Shown here: piece after piece, positions 1-12,796 of the stretch
Position numbering within the stretch: position 1 is the first letter of the stretch
Layout: each line of letters starts with the position of its first letter
DNA from: Octopus vulgaris
Taxonomy: Eukaryota
Assembly (NCBI GenBank): GCA_951406725.2
Contig: OX597826.1
Span: 19,220,001-19,284,000 of the forward strand
Direction: 5' to 3'
DNA length: 64,000 bases
Notes under the pieces: model-generated
What the model was told of the DNA's origin: nothing
The model's input: the letters and a program-made list of their open reading frames with translations, nothing else
The model's database searches: none
Program-made: the position numbers and the translations under genes

Positions 1-115
1 GAAAGACTGAGCACTAATCTTTAAAAATAAGTCCTGAGGTCAATTAGTTTGATTAAAAACCTCCAAGGCGGTGCTCCAGTATGACCGCAGTCAAATGACT
101 GAATCAAATAAAAAT
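1..115 (+). mobile_element. 3' part of octopus-type tRNA-derived SINE (family A)
   Basis: aaggcggtgctccagtatgaccgcagtcaaatgactgaa tail matches the copies at 4103 and 15259 (reverse). Confidence 0.8.
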
Positions 116-119
116 ATAA

Positions 120-545
120 CTTAACTTCTCCACCTCCTGCTCTTCCACACCAGTCTCTCCATCCCTGACTCCCAATTTCTCCGTCTACGCAGGCTCTGCA
201 GCAACGATCATGACTTTGAGACTCAGTCTAAACTCATGGCTCACCACTTCACCCTACATGGATATTATCCACACTGCCCTTGCCCGGGAACGATTATCCA
301 CACCATTATCCACACTGCCCTTGCAGTCCGACCCCTCCACTTTGCACATCTTCCCTAGCCTACTCCTTCCCTACTTCAAACGAGCTCATAAGTTTCGTGA
401 CCTACTGGTCCACAGTTTCTTCCCTACCCCTGCCTCCCAGTCTGAGACCTCCCCTGCTTTCGCCCATGCTGTCGCACCTACCCTATCACGTCACCGCCTT
501 TACCTGCACCTCCAGTAATCTTATTTACTACATCTGCTCTCTCTC
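120..545 (+). mobile_element. Penelope-like retroelement relic (RT thumb, linker, start of GIY-YIG)
   Basis: Frameshifted translation SIPDSQFLRLRRLCSNDHDF..M..HF..HGY, LQSDP..IFP..FKRAHKFRDLLVHS, FTCTSSNLIYYIC; these are typical Penelope motifs. Confidence 0.8.
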
Positions 546-1161
546 TCCGAATTATTCACTTCACACACCATTTCACACACATCCACAAACACCTTCCCAT
601 TCTACACACACTTGCACCGAATTCTACACACACTCAGCACCCACACCAGACACCACACACATTATCCTCCCACTCACATAATACCACTATACGAGCAGCT
701 TCACACCCTGTTTAACTCAGTACACACACCATACACCATCATGCACACTCCCACACCCATACAAGTACATATTACTTGAACACAGACAATATATACACAC
801 ACGCAATACGCATAGACACAGATAACTTGTGCCCACAAACATACACTATACCCATGCACACTATTTAGTCGCAGACACACACATACAATCGTGCACACAC
901 CACCTGAACAAACACACATCAACTGCTATACACAACATGCACACATGTTAGCCACCCCCCACTAATACACACGTCCATACGCACACAAACACACACATAC
1001 AATCACCCACGAATAAGTACTCACTCGCCCTCAATTACACATACACACACACAACACTCTTACATACACACACACGCTTGTGCACCTTAGTTCGTTGGGG
1101 GCCACCGTTACCTTTATTGTTATTATTATTATTATTATCCTCATCATCATTATTATTATTG

Positions 1162-1195
<34 letters not shown>

Positions 1196-1438
1196 CTGCC
1201 TTTCATTCAGCTTCTTTTTTCCAGTCATATCGTCATGTTGGATCGTTGAACTCCGCACATATTTCTCTCTCCGTTTATTTTTCAATCTCTCTTAATCCTT
1301 TCGTTCGAAGACATTTTTCCAGAGCGTTAATCTAATACACCTGTTTTCGTCTTTTGTTTTCTGTAAATTTGAACCATATTTAAATATACATACATACATG
1401 CATACATACATACATACATACATACATACATACATACA

Positions 1439-1474
<36 letters not shown>

Positions 1475-1842
1475 CAGTTGCGGCCAAAATGTTCAGAACG
1501 GCATTGTTTTCGTCAGAAAAGTAGGTATAAGCAGAGATAGTAATAGACCTTCTCAGACGTTTCCAACTGTCTGAGAGGTAACGACTGGACAACCCGAATG
1601 TGGTCATGGAACAATTTTTTCAGCCGTTCTGATCATTTTGGCCGCCATGGGTTTTGCAGTAAATCACTAAATCAGCCATAACTTTTGAATTATCCTCTCA
1701 AATTACACCAAAATCTCAGGCAATAACAAATAAATCGTATTTATTGTCTGTGAAAATTATAGAATATAAAACAACTTTGATAAAAAGTTATATCTACTTT
1801 TCTGACGAAACAATGCCGTTCTGAACATTTTGGCCGCCACTG
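1475..1842. mobile_element. Tc1/mariner-type MITE
   Basis: ~55 bp TIRs (cagttgcggccaaaatgttcagaacggcattgtttt... / ...aaacaatgccgttctgaacattttggccgccactg), flanked by TA, with an internal TIR-like repeat at ~1623-1647. Confidence 0.85.
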
Positions 1843-1883
<41 letters not shown>

Positions 1884-1886
<3 letters not shown>

Positions 1887-2083
1887 GGAGTAAACACATA
1901 AATGTGAAACAAGGTGGAAAAAGAGTACTCAAATACCAGTGGTAGAGTAATATGCTTTATTTAAAGCAGCAGAAAATTCAACAAAATCTGTTACTCAGTT
2001 TCTCGTTGCCGTTCATCAGACAGTTTTTCTAGCAAAAACTGTCTGATGAACAAAAAACTGAAAGATTTTGCTGAATTTTCTGC

Positions 2084-2084
<1 letters not shown>
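1884..2084 (-). mobile_element. Short Penelope-like terminal element with palindromic end, inside (TA)n
   Basis: Imperfect inverted repeat 1968-2084, hammerhead motif, (TA)n on both sides. Confidence 0.6.
1988..2023 (-). ncRNA. Minimal type-I hammerhead ribozyme motif
   Basis: Minus strand CTGT-CTGATGA-ACG GCAA CGA-GAAAC TGA GT A-ACAG; stem I CTGT/ACAG; stem II closing pair mismatched. Confidence 0.7.
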
Positions 2085-2171
<87 letters not shown>

Positions 2172-2176
2172 CATGC

Positions 2177-2249
<73 letters not shown>

Positions 2250-3188
2250 GGGTCAGATGATCTGTGTAGCTGACTATATGGAATTGTGGATAACCTACAC
2301 TATCCTTACCCACTGTCCTACAGAATACTCTAAATACGACCTTGACGACCCGCTGCTGTTGCTCCATGACCACATTCGGGTTGTCCAGTCGTTACCTCTC
2401 AGACAGTTGGAAACGTCTGAGCAGGTCTATTACTATCTCTGCCCACGTAGTCTAGATGCGTGTCCAAGGTAGCGTTCTAATCCCCCACTAAAAGTAAAGG
2501 TCGAGACGTTCCCAGGAAAACCTCTAGATGTCGAAAGAAACCTGGCCGACCTGTCAAGATCGATGCATAAACTGCTGTCAGTCGGAAAGCACATCCATTA
2601 CTGCCATCGACATCAAGAAGACCAGCCTACCCTCCGAGTCTAGGAAAATTGCGCTTACTTTGAGATCCAGATTCTTCCGAAGAAGTACCGCGGTGCCACC
2701 CCTGCTCATTCTCGGCAGACGCGGAGAAAAATAAATGTCGAAATGTCCGCTGAACATGGACTAGCGGGCCCGTGGGTTGTAGAGTCTGGTCTCGCTGATG
2801 GCTATGATAAGCAGATTCTGTGACTTAATGTCATTTCTACTCCTTGGCCAATCCAATTTTGTTGGTCCAGGATATGGATTTCCTCCTCGATATCGTAACA
2901 AATGGCAAACACAAGCCATTTATTTCTATCTCAGGGGCCACATCTTTGATTTTTATTTTTGTGACCCTACGAGTAAGGTATGTAGGGATCATCATTAAGT
3001 TGTCGCATTCAAAGGACTTTGTGGAAAGGTCCTTGGCTCGTCCTTCAATGTCGAATCTAACTTCGATCGTGGCATCCTTTTGTGATGTAGTCTTTAACAT
3101 TTTTCTACTGTTTCTTGGGTGGCAGTTTCATATAGTTTTGTTTTTAGGTTGAGTGTCTTGTAAATAATTGTTTTTTTTTTTTTCTTCT

Positions 3189-3219
<31 letters not shown>

Positions 3220-3469
3220 TTCTAATGCTCGTTGCTTAGTGTTTTCTTGGAGGGCTGGCCGTGATCTAGTAATCATTCAAGATTAATTTGTCGAAATTAC
3301 TACGATGCAAATCCGGTTCTTGACTGACAAAAAGACTGAGCACGGATTTTTTCAGTGAACAGGTCCTGTCCGTGAAAATATTATTGACAAATCGTCTTCT
3401 AATGTTGAGTTATACGTTCTTGTCTTAAATGGCTTATGTTGTGCAATTGTTTTCGTTTCAGCATACCTT

Positions 3470-3505
<36 letters not shown>

Positions 3506-3840
3506 GGTGTTTGCAGTTGTATGGCGTATTCGTCTTTTTAAAACATCGCCTTGCAAGCAAGCAGTTCTTCCTTCGAGAAGGAAAATGATTCTTTTCTTTA
3601 GCCTTAAAGCTGCGACAAAATTGCTTTGAGTGTTCGTGTTGATTGTGGCGGTCATGGCGGTAGTGGTAGTGGCAATGGTGGAAGCAGTGTTTAAAGTAGC
3701 AAACGTTGTCTTTACTTCTTTGTTTGTATCTTCTAAAGCCTGTGTGCGTTCAAGCCGAACGACTTTGTTTTCAGCTTCCCTCACCTCTGACTTTCGTAGA
3801 GGCGGGAAGTCAATGGCATCCTGGTTTGATTTACCCATTT
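2250..3840 (-). mobile_element. Decayed L1/Tx1-clade LINE (ORF1 remnant plus APE endonuclease), interrupted at ~3190-3500
   Basis: Minus-strand IIAISETRL, GGTAVLLRK, DSEGRLV, FRLTAVYA, LLLVGD*NATLD, SRSYL.RVFC..SYTDH (2250-2830); ORF1-like pieces at 2837-3100 and 3500-3838. Confidence 0.85.
3220..3470 (+). mobile_element. Penelope-like short element inserted in (TA)n within the LINE
   Basis: Shares aagattaat..cgaaatt..atccggttcttgac..atcgtcttcta..cgttcttgtc with the reverse complement of 36125-36237; also has cagtgaacaggtc..gaaaatatt..tgacaaa like 12936-12986. Confidence 0.5.
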
Positions 3841-4102
3841 TCGTTTAGAATATGACAAGGAAACCAAAGAAAAAAAATTCTTTTTCAAATTCTGGAAGTT
3901 CAATCCACGTGGGGGAATTACATATTAAAATATTTACTGGAGTTGAAGGAGGTGATGTTAGACATCTCTTTCACAAAAAAAAAAAAAAAATTCCACAAAC
4001 AAACAGTTTTTCTACGCAAAAAAGCCAACTTACTTGGAGCCTATTTTTCTACAGTCCATTCAATAGATAGATAGACAGACAGATAGATAGATAGATAGAT
4101 AA

Positions 4103-4277
4103 CGGATGCTGGGGTGTTTACGTCCCAGTAACTTAGCGGTTCGGTAAAACAGACCGATAGAATAAATACTAGGCTTAGAAAGAATAAATCCTGGGGTCGA
4201 CTTCTTCGACTAAAAGCCTTTAAGGTGGTGCTCCAGCATGGCTGCAGTCAAATGTCTGAAACAAGCAAGAGAATAAA
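4103..4277 (+). mobile_element. SINE family A, 3' half
   Basis: gatgctgg..tttacgtccc..cttagcggttcgg..ggggtcga..ggtgctccagcatggctgcagtcaaatg. Confidence 0.8.
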
Positions 4278-4299
4278 TGTATGTATGTATGTGTGCGTG

Positions 4300-4337
<38 letters not shown>

Positions 4338-4343
4338 CACACG

Positions 4344-4424
<81 letters not shown>

Positions 4425-4427
<3 letters not shown>

Positions 4428-5304
4428 GGATGCGGTCAAGCGGTGAATAAATTGTCGTCTAAATTAAGCAAAAGTGAAAATAACACTAACATCTCATTTT
4501 AACAGATGTATTTACCAAAATAACATAAAGATACTAAATACTAAAGAGTAAATTCATTCACTAAAATCGCCATTGGCTTCAACCACAACCTCCAGATGGC
4601 TTCGGACTCTTCGCACCTCTTCTGGACGGTCTTCTTGTTTAAGTTGGTGAATGTTGCCATAATCCTTGCCTTCGGTTCATTTTTGGTGTTACAAGCAGTT
4701 TTGTTGGTCTCTCTCGCTCGACTGCGCCCCACACATAATAATCAAGGGGGTTGCAGTCTGGGGACTTAGGTGGCCACATGTTAGGGGTGATGTGGCCGCA
4801 GAAATTGTCTGACATCCATGACTGGGTTCTTCAACTTGTGTGGCATGACGCATAGTCCTGTTGCCAGACATAGGGTCTTCCAGCAGTCACCCTCTTGAAC
4901 CTGGGCAGCACTACCTCCTCCAGGCACTTGATGTAGGTCTCCATGCTGAGTGTGAAGCCGTGTAGGAAGCTGAATGGAGGCATAACATCGCCATCACGAG
5001 TGATCTCTCCAAACATCATGATGTTGACTGGATGTTTAATTTTTATCACTCTTGGTACATGTTTTCGGGAAATGGCAAGCCAACGGTTGCTCTGTGTGTT
5101 CACCATGTGTTCGTATTAGAGCTTCCGGCGCGAATACTAAACATGTCGTTTCCAAATTTCTGGCAGAGCGAATTGCATCATGGTGCTGTTTTACTTACAG
5201 ACGGTGCCCAGCTCACCCTACGATACTGTGTAGTCGACAAAATCCAAAACAAACAGTGCGCATGCGCGGAATTAAAGATATAAGATGGCTTTACCCATCG
5301 CACC

Positions 5305-5306
<2 letters not shown>
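4425..5306 (-). mobile_element. IS630-Tc1-mariner transposon relic (maT/DD37D-like), internally deleted
   Basis: KHPVNIMMFGEITRDG..YVWQQDYASCHTS and WPPKSPDCNPLDYYVWGAVERETN; degenerate TIR-like ends. Confidence 0.85.
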
Positions 5307-5348
<42 letters not shown>

Positions 5349-5365
5349 TTTTCTCTCTCTGTGTA

Positions 5366-5403
5366 TCTTTCTGTTGAAGAGCGTAGGCTCGAAACGTTAA
5401 AGA
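5366..5403 (+). ncRNA. Minimal hammerhead-like motif (A6U core variant) in a short element in (TA)n
   Basis: TCTTT-CTGTTGA-A-GAGC GTAG GCTC-GAAACGT T-AAAGA. Confidence 0.55.
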
Positions 5404-5500
5404 CTTGTTTTATTTATATTTCCTGAGCGCCATACTAATACAATTGTTCGTTTGTTTTCCACCTGCCTTCGTCTTTTGTTTATTTTCATAAAGCCTCCTG

Positions 5501-5538
<38 letters not shown>

Positions 5539-6106
5539 TAAGTATAGGAAAGTATATACACATACAAACACACGCACACCCCAGCGCACCCATACATAAC
5601 CTTGCGTACATACAGGTTGTGATATCAAACTATGGAAATTTTGAACTAAGGTGCCCTCAATACTAACTGAGACGGATACAACTGGTGTCTACTGCCGAGA
5701 TATTTATTAGTTTCAAATTATAGGAATTGAGGGTGCGGAGAACAAGAGAAACAGAGTAAGAGTGAGAGAGTATGTGTGTATGAGTGTATGTGTGTTGTGA
5801 AAGAGACAGAAAGAGAAAGACGGAGATAAAAAAGCTTTCCGCTCCCCTAAAAAATCGGTCAAATTGCACCCATCCTTATGTTTGCGGGTAGGGAACTTTA
5901 CCGCGTTTATTTACTTGATGCTCTCTCTCTCTTTCTTCTCTTTCTATCTCTCGAAATATAAACGCACGCGCGTACACATACAAAGCAGACAAAAGGAAAT
6001 ACAACTGAAAAGAGACACAGAAGAACTAGGTTCATTGTTAAAGTTGTCAACAACAAAAACAACTGAAATTAATAATCTTCATGCACATGCACGGACTCTA
6101 CACACA

Positions 6107-6160
<54 letters not shown>

Positions 6161-6227
6161 ACCATACGTATATACTTATCATTCTCACCATCTGGTTGTA
6201 CATATGTATGTGTCAGTCTGTGTGTGG

Positions 6228-6368
<141 letters not shown>

Positions 6369-6565
6369 TATACTACATTATATTATACTACATTATATTA
6401 GAGGAAAAATAAAAAAAACCAAGGCAGAATGAGTATCTTAAGTCAATTAGAACAATTTAATTAGAGTAAAGTGTGTGTGTGTGTGTGTGTATATATTGTA
6501 AGCACATGTGAATCGTTGGCGATTATTTTTTTCCTCCGTCTTCCTTTTCTATTGGACTTTCCTTT

Positions 6566-6602
6566 GTTTCTGAAGAAGAGCTTTGCTTGAAACACGTAAA
6601 AC
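6566..6602 (+). ncRNA. Minimal type-I hammerhead motif
   Basis: GTTT-CTGAAGA-A-GAGC TTT GCTT-GAAAC AC GT A-AAAC; the downstream tttcctgagcg..ctaatac is shared with the 5366 element. Confidence 0.65.
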
Positions 6603-6759
6603 CACCTTTCTTTCCTTTCCTGAGCGTCTGCTAATACTTTACATGTACCACGTCCTCGCGTTGTTTTGTGTGTGTGTGTGTGTGTTTGTTCTTCGTATTT
6701 TTGGATATACTGTATACACACACACGCACACACACACACACAAGCACAAACACACACAC

Positions 6760-6790
<31 letters not shown>

Positions 6791-6798
6791 TATATTTA

Positions 6799-7890
6799 CA
6801 GGGGTTGGACAAAATAATAGAAACACCATCATAGCATCATAATTTTGAAATATCTATAAAACCGTCAAAAGCCTCTTTATTTTTGTTTTTTTGATATATT
6901 CTTAGTATTGCTTAATATATTTTGCTAAATTGCTGCTTCTTTTCAGATATCACCAGAAAAAGTTATTAAAATTCATTAAAATGACAGATCTATTGGACTT
7001 TCAAAGAGGTAAAATTGTTGGTGCTCGTATGGCAGGCGCTAGCGTAACGAAAACAGCCGAAATGTTTGGTGTATCAAGAAGACTGTCTCGAAAGTAATGA
7101 CAGCCTTTGAGAAAGAGGAAAAAAACCTCCTCGTCGAAACAAAACTCCGGAAGAAAACCAAAACTTTCAGATAGGGGCCGTCGGACTCCTACACGAATTG
7201 TTTGAAAGGATCACAAAAGCACAGCTCCCCAAATTACTTCAGAGCTTAATGACCTCTTCGAGAACACAGTTTCCACAAAAACTGTTTGCTGGGAGCTGCC
7301 CAAAGCCGGATTTCACGGGAGAGCTGCAGTCAGAAAACCACTACTTTCAATAACAAATGTTGCAAAGCATTTAGAGTGGAGTAAAAACCTACAGAATTGG
7401 TCTATAGAGCAGTGCAAGAATGTTATTTTCTCGGACGAGTCATCCTTTACCTTATTCCGACCACCGGCCGAGTATACATGTGGAGACAGCCAAAAGAAGC
7501 ATTTGACCTAGACCGCTTTCTTCCAAATGTTAAACATAGAAGAGGATCTGGGGTGGGGCTATATCTTAGAAATCCGCCGGCCTAATGGTTTCCCTTCATG
7601 GCAGAATTAATAGTCAAGACTATTTAAGCATTTTATCTGATCAAATTCATCCTACGGCTGCGGAACTGTTTCCGGAGGGAAACGCAATCTTTCAGGATGA
7701 TAATGCACTGATTCACACAGCTAAAGTTGTTGCTAAATGACACGAGGAACATTCTAGTGAAGTTTAATATCTTATCCGCCACAATCCCTTGATCTCATTA
7801 TTATTGAACATCTATGATGCATGTTAGAAAAGTAAGGAGTCGATATGCTCCACATCATCACTACAAGAACTGGAGACTGTTTTAGTTGAT
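6799..7890 (+). mobile_element. Tc1-like transposon with pseudogenised transposase
   Basis: TA-caggggttggacaaaataat TIR; ATG at 6981 MTDLLDFQRGKIVGARMAGASVTKTAEMFGVSR, GRKPKLSDR, VIFSDESSF, IFQDDNA; stops and frameshifts; right TIR not seen. Confidence 0.92.
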
Positions 7891-7952
7891 CTATACATGT
7901 AACTTACAATAAATTTGTTGAGTGCGCTTCTTTTTGTTTGTCCACTCACTCT

Positions 7953-8043
<91 letters not shown>

Positions 8044-8049
8044 ATATAT

Positions 8050-9200
8050 AAAGAAGGCAGAACGAGTATATCAAGCTACTTATAATAACTTAATTAGGGT
8101 GAGGTGAATTTGAAATCTTACAGCTGTTTCTGAGATACCCCAAGCGATAAGCTAGCATATCCGTACACTGGGTACTCTGTCATCAGAGACAAGGTGTGTT
8201 ATGAAAGTTCTCGACAAGGAAGTTCACAGTTTATAAGGAATAAAATAGAGGAATAAAGAGTGAAAGTAGATAGAAGAATATTGACAAGAGAAAAAGTCCC
8301 TAGTTCGTCTTTTTCCATAGGGTATGGCGGTTGGTCTGTACTTCCGTGAAGGTATAGGCCCTTAGCTATAATTCCAGGTGGATCCAAGCAGTATTTTGAC
8401 AGTATTTTGAATGATGCGTTCATATTGATTAAGTGGTTAGCTACACGTGGGTGTATAGAGTGAGAAAGACATCAAGAATACTCAGAAATGGGTTGTGAGT
8501 GAATGGATAAAAGAGAAAGGAGAAAGAGAGAAGAGGGAAAGGAATGGGATAAGTGCAGGAAAGAATGGGAGCGAAAGTAAAATCAAAAATCAAAAATAAA
8601 AATAATAAATAAAAAATAAAAAGGGTAAAAATAGAGATAAAATGCCAGTATTATTCTTAGTAAGTGTCGGTCCGGGGTGAGAGGGTAGGGGTTAAGGTTT
8701 TGGTAAAGTGGAGGGGGAAGGAATTCATGCCTATTAAATAGATGAAATCTCGGTTAGGTGTGGTCAGTGGCCAATAGGAATAGCTGAAAACAGAAGCCAA
8801 GCTTAAGGGGGAGGATATATAGGATAAAACTACAATTAAATGGATAGAAAAAATTAGAATTTAAAAGTTAAAAATTAAGTCAAAAACAAAAAATAAAAAT
8901 TAAAAGTTCATTAAAAAATTAAAGAATTAAAGCTACTTAGTTTCTAAGGTACTTATGTTGATAGAGAAGAAAAGGAAAGGAAAAACGTGGATGCATATAG
9001 GTAAGTGTATGTTGATTTTGCTTCCATTTGGAACTATGGAAGAATCTAAAGGTGCGAAAGAACTTGTGCTTACATTTAGAATATGCTTTGTCTTGTTTAT
9101 TGAGCAATTGTGGTGAATTATAAATTAACATTTAGAGGGCTTCTTTCGGGCAGAGTCCAGATATGGAGCGCTGGCCATGGTATGGGACACGGTGTACGTG
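8050..9200 (-). mobile_element. Penelope-like element 3' portion (GIY-YIG C-terminus, 3' UTR, hammerhead)
   Basis: PYHG..GLCPKEAL*MLIYNSPQLLNKQDKAYSKCKHK resembles the Penelope LC..E..I....LLNKR.E..S.CRH tail; hammerhead at 8115-8190; ends next to a microsatellite. Confidence 0.75.
8115..8190 (-). ncRNA. Type-I hammerhead ribozyme motif
   Basis: GTCT-CTGATGA-cagagtaccc...gggtatctca-GAAAC AGCT GT A-AGAT; palindromic stem III. Confidence 0.75.
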
Positions 9201-9803
9201 GTTAGTTAGTTAGTTAGTTAGTTAAATTTTTGGCTTAAAAAGCAAAAAGCAAGGCCATGTAGGGGGACATGGAGTTATGTACAGGGTGGTGTTCATGTAA
9301 AGAGTTCAGGCCACTTGAGGTCAAGGGAGACTTTGAACCGAGCGGTCGTCGGCATCTTCACCATCTCGTCCGGCAGCTTATTCCACGGATCTGCAACCCG
9401 GACGGAGAAAGCCCCTCTCCTTCGATTGAGATGAAATCGTCGCAGATAGAGCTTTTCGGAATGACCCCGCACCCAACGCTCTGGAGCAGGAGTGAAGAAC
9501 AGCTCTTTCGAGAGGTTACACTTTCCGCTTATGATTGTATCTGTAATCTGCCTGTTAGCCGGTTAATTGCGACGATTTCATCTCAATCGAAGGAGAGGAG
9601 CTTTCTCCGTCCGGGTTGCGGATCCGTGGAACAAGCTGCCAGACGAGATGGTGAAGATGCCGACGACCGCTTTGTTCAAAGCCTCCCTGGACCTCAAGTG
9701 GCCTGAACTCTTTACATGAACACCACCCTGTACTTAACTCCATGTCCCCCTACATGGCCTTGCTATTTGCTTTTGAGTCAAATTAACTAACTAACTAACT
9801 AAC
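9201..9803. mobile_element. Two CR1-type LINE 3' ends in inverted orientation with (TAAC)n tails facing outward
   Basis: RRFHLNRRRG.FSVRVADPWNKLPDEMVKMPTTA.FK.SLDLKWPELFT* on both strands; arms ~9201-9443 and ~9568-9803. Confidence 0.85.
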
Positions 9804-9899
9804 AATCCGTAAGTGGAGCAGCGAAAATATGCAAGTGTTTCTTCAAGTTTGAAAATGTGAATTTGTTTTCTTATCTACTATTCAACGATGGAACTTTGT

Positions 9900-10975
9900 A
9901 TCTTTGTTAGACACTACCTCGTTCCTAAGAGGAAGGATATTTCTGAGCGATAGTTTGTCTGTAATATTGTTTGTACTGGCAGTGCGTCCCTTGTCAATCC
10001 TGTTAACAAAATGGCAAGGCTACATGCTGCGCGATATACAGAAAAGAATAAAATTGTCAGACACACATTTCTTTGTTGATGACATAAAGTTATATTTTGA
10101 TAACATGATCAGCATCAAGACACAAAAAGAACTTGTCACAACATTCTCTGGAAACATAGGAATGGAGGGTGAGCAAGCTAATGCTCGTATACGATAGTCA
10201 ACAGAAGAAAGATTGCCGACCAGAGAATATATACATCAAGGGCTTGTCTATCTCCCCTATCTCTAATGATGAAAACTATACGTATCTCGTGGTCGATGAG
10301 AATGTTGCATACGTTGGTGCTGTGACTAAGGCCAAAATAATAAAAGGGTATTTCTGTAGACTCCGGAAAATATGCAACTCAGAGCTGTCTGCATTTAACA
10401 AGACAACATCACACAATACTTTTGCAGCGTCACTTCTAGTACCAATATTTGGGATATTAGACTGGACATTTGACGAAATCCGCAGCCCGCACATGAAAAC
10501 GAGAAGGCTATTGACTACAACTCGCAACTTCCACATCAACAACGACGTCGATAGGATGTATGCGAGACGAAGACTTGGTTGTAGAGGCATAGGGTCAGTC
10601 CAAATAGCCTTTGAATGTCGCATTGTATCACTCAGACAACACCTGTAAAGTAACGAAATAAATTAGTACATTCCATGCATACTCAAAAACGAGAACAACA
10701 GAGTTGGAGAAGAACTGTCGTGCAGGTACTCTGAGAATGCAACTGTCTCATGTAATCCAAAGGAGGCTGAACTGGCTTAGCTAAACAGAAGATTGGAGGA
10801 GAAGCAGGCATCACACCAGCAAAAAGCAATACGTGGCTACACATCTCGAAAACTACAAGATCGTAACAGCATTGTCAAGAAGAGTAGACTCTCCTTGACC
10901 TGTGGTGGACACATTACACCTAGAAGGATATGCTCTCAATGTCCAGGATCAAGAGATAGCTACTGATAAATAAGA
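9900..10975 (+). mobile_element. R4/Dong-clade LINE reverse transcriptase relic
   Basis: IFLSDSLSVILFVLAVRPLS, HFFVDDIKLY, ELSAFNK..FGILDWT.DEI..KTRRLL..FH..DVDRMY.RR.LG.RG. Confidence 0.88.
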
Positions 10976-11447
10976 GTGACAAAGATTGAATATCTTGGTA
11001 TACCAGCTTTTTTCTGCCAAAAGTGTAATGCATTCAATGGCACTGAACTGTCTTGCTTCTCCTAGAGCCTGGCTTTAATGATTGCTGGTTTGTGTGTGTA
11101 TCTGTGTGTTTGAGTATATATGTAGGTATAGACGTTCAAATACTTGTATGTAAAACATTGTTTGTACATACAAAACATGTGTGTATCTGGGAATGTGGAT
11201 GTTTGTGCATGTACTACTGTGTATGTGTTAATTTGTGTTGTTAGCATGCATTAATAATATACATTTCTATATGTGTTCGTGTGTACGCACGATTGTGCCG
11301 ATGAGACGTTCTCTTCGCAAACGTGTGCTACGTGATACATTGGGAAAGCGCCAATGTGTGTTTGAGACATTTGGTTATTAATTTTAGCCGGTCACGCGAC
11401 CCGTTTTCTCTCTCCTTGACTCGTATTTTATTGTGAGCGAGAATAAT

Positions 11448-11635
11448 CCTTTCTATTATAGGTACAATGCTTCTAAGTGCGTGTGTGTGTGTGGGGGGGG
11501 GGGGGTAAGCCGATTACATCGACTCCAATGAAAGCAAAATTCACCTCGGCGGAATTTCAACTTAGAACGTAAAGATGGACGAGATGTTGCTAAACTTTTC
11601 ATCAGGCGTGCTAACGATCCTGCCAGCTCTCCGCT
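11448..11635 (-). mobile_element. SINE family B copy
   Basis: Reverse-complement similarity to 54922-55102. Confidence 0.7.
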
Positions 11636-12796
11636 TCTATAAGCGAGAAATTTGTCTAAATGTTGAAATCAAGTCCCTTTCATTATCCATGGTTATCTAA
11701 TTTTAAAACAGTTATAGTCGGACACACTATTTACCCATTAATTTAGGCGCTGTTTTCGCATTATAGCTAGAGTGTCTAATCAAGAGGATTGTTTTTCTCG
11801 TGATTAATTTCCGAAGTCAATTCCTAAGCACCTGAATAAATGAAAGAAAGACAGACAGACAGAAAGAAAGAGTTATAATAGTTATAACACCTAAAAAAGA
11901 TACTAAATAGAGTAGTTTCCCTGTGAAACCGCAATGTATTTTCCAGTCATACTTTCTTGTCAAAGAGAAAATAAATCTTTCTTTAAGCATGTTTAACATC
12001 TTACAGTCTGTTGTTAAACTGTTCAACATTTTGTTTTGTTTATTAACTTCGTTCTTCCCACCACTCCACGTTTGTTCTAACCATCCTATGACCAACACGC
12101 TTCTTCTACTTCGTCACTGTAACATGCTCCTCTTCCTCTTTAATACTTTTTCTTCTTTCCTTGCCTTATTCAAGGAAAAGATTGGGGCGAGCTGACACGA
12201 AGAAAATATATCACCACATGATAAAGACACACACTCAAGCATATTCATTATATATATATATATATATTTATTTATATTTATAAAGTAGTGTGTGTGTAAA
12301 TACATACATACATAAAACATACATACATACATGCATAGGTATGTATATATATATATGTAACATAAATAATTAACTTCAGGCATTTCATGCGCCTCCAGTT
12401 AATTAATTCCAGGTTGTACTATTTGCAGTCTAAATATAAGAACTGTTCCTTTCGGAGTGAGGGGGTAACAAACGATGAATTTGGTGTCCGTAGCTAATGG
12501 GACGTGACGATACAGAAAAACATACATCCTACGGTCCGATGACGTCATTCACAGCCTAGTGGGTTGGTTTTTTTTTTTTCATACGCATTGTCTATTTGGA
12601 GAATTTTTCTTTCGAGACTGTCTCTGTAGCGAAGGTCTCCAAATGTCCGCGTTTATACGAGAATGTAGTGTACACGCACAAGTGCGCACGCTCATATACG
12701 CACATATATGTATTTAAAATATATACACTCACAATATATATGTACATTTCTGTTACACACACACACACACACACACACACTCTTAATCATATGTAT

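Noticed and set aside
2068-2472. Plus-strand ORF tail [10 protein letters not shown]..
   Set aside because: Antisense of the L1/Tx1 endonuclease relic
12540-12547. CRE palindrome TGACGTCA
   Set aside because: An 8-mer is expected about once by chance in 64 kb; no promoter context
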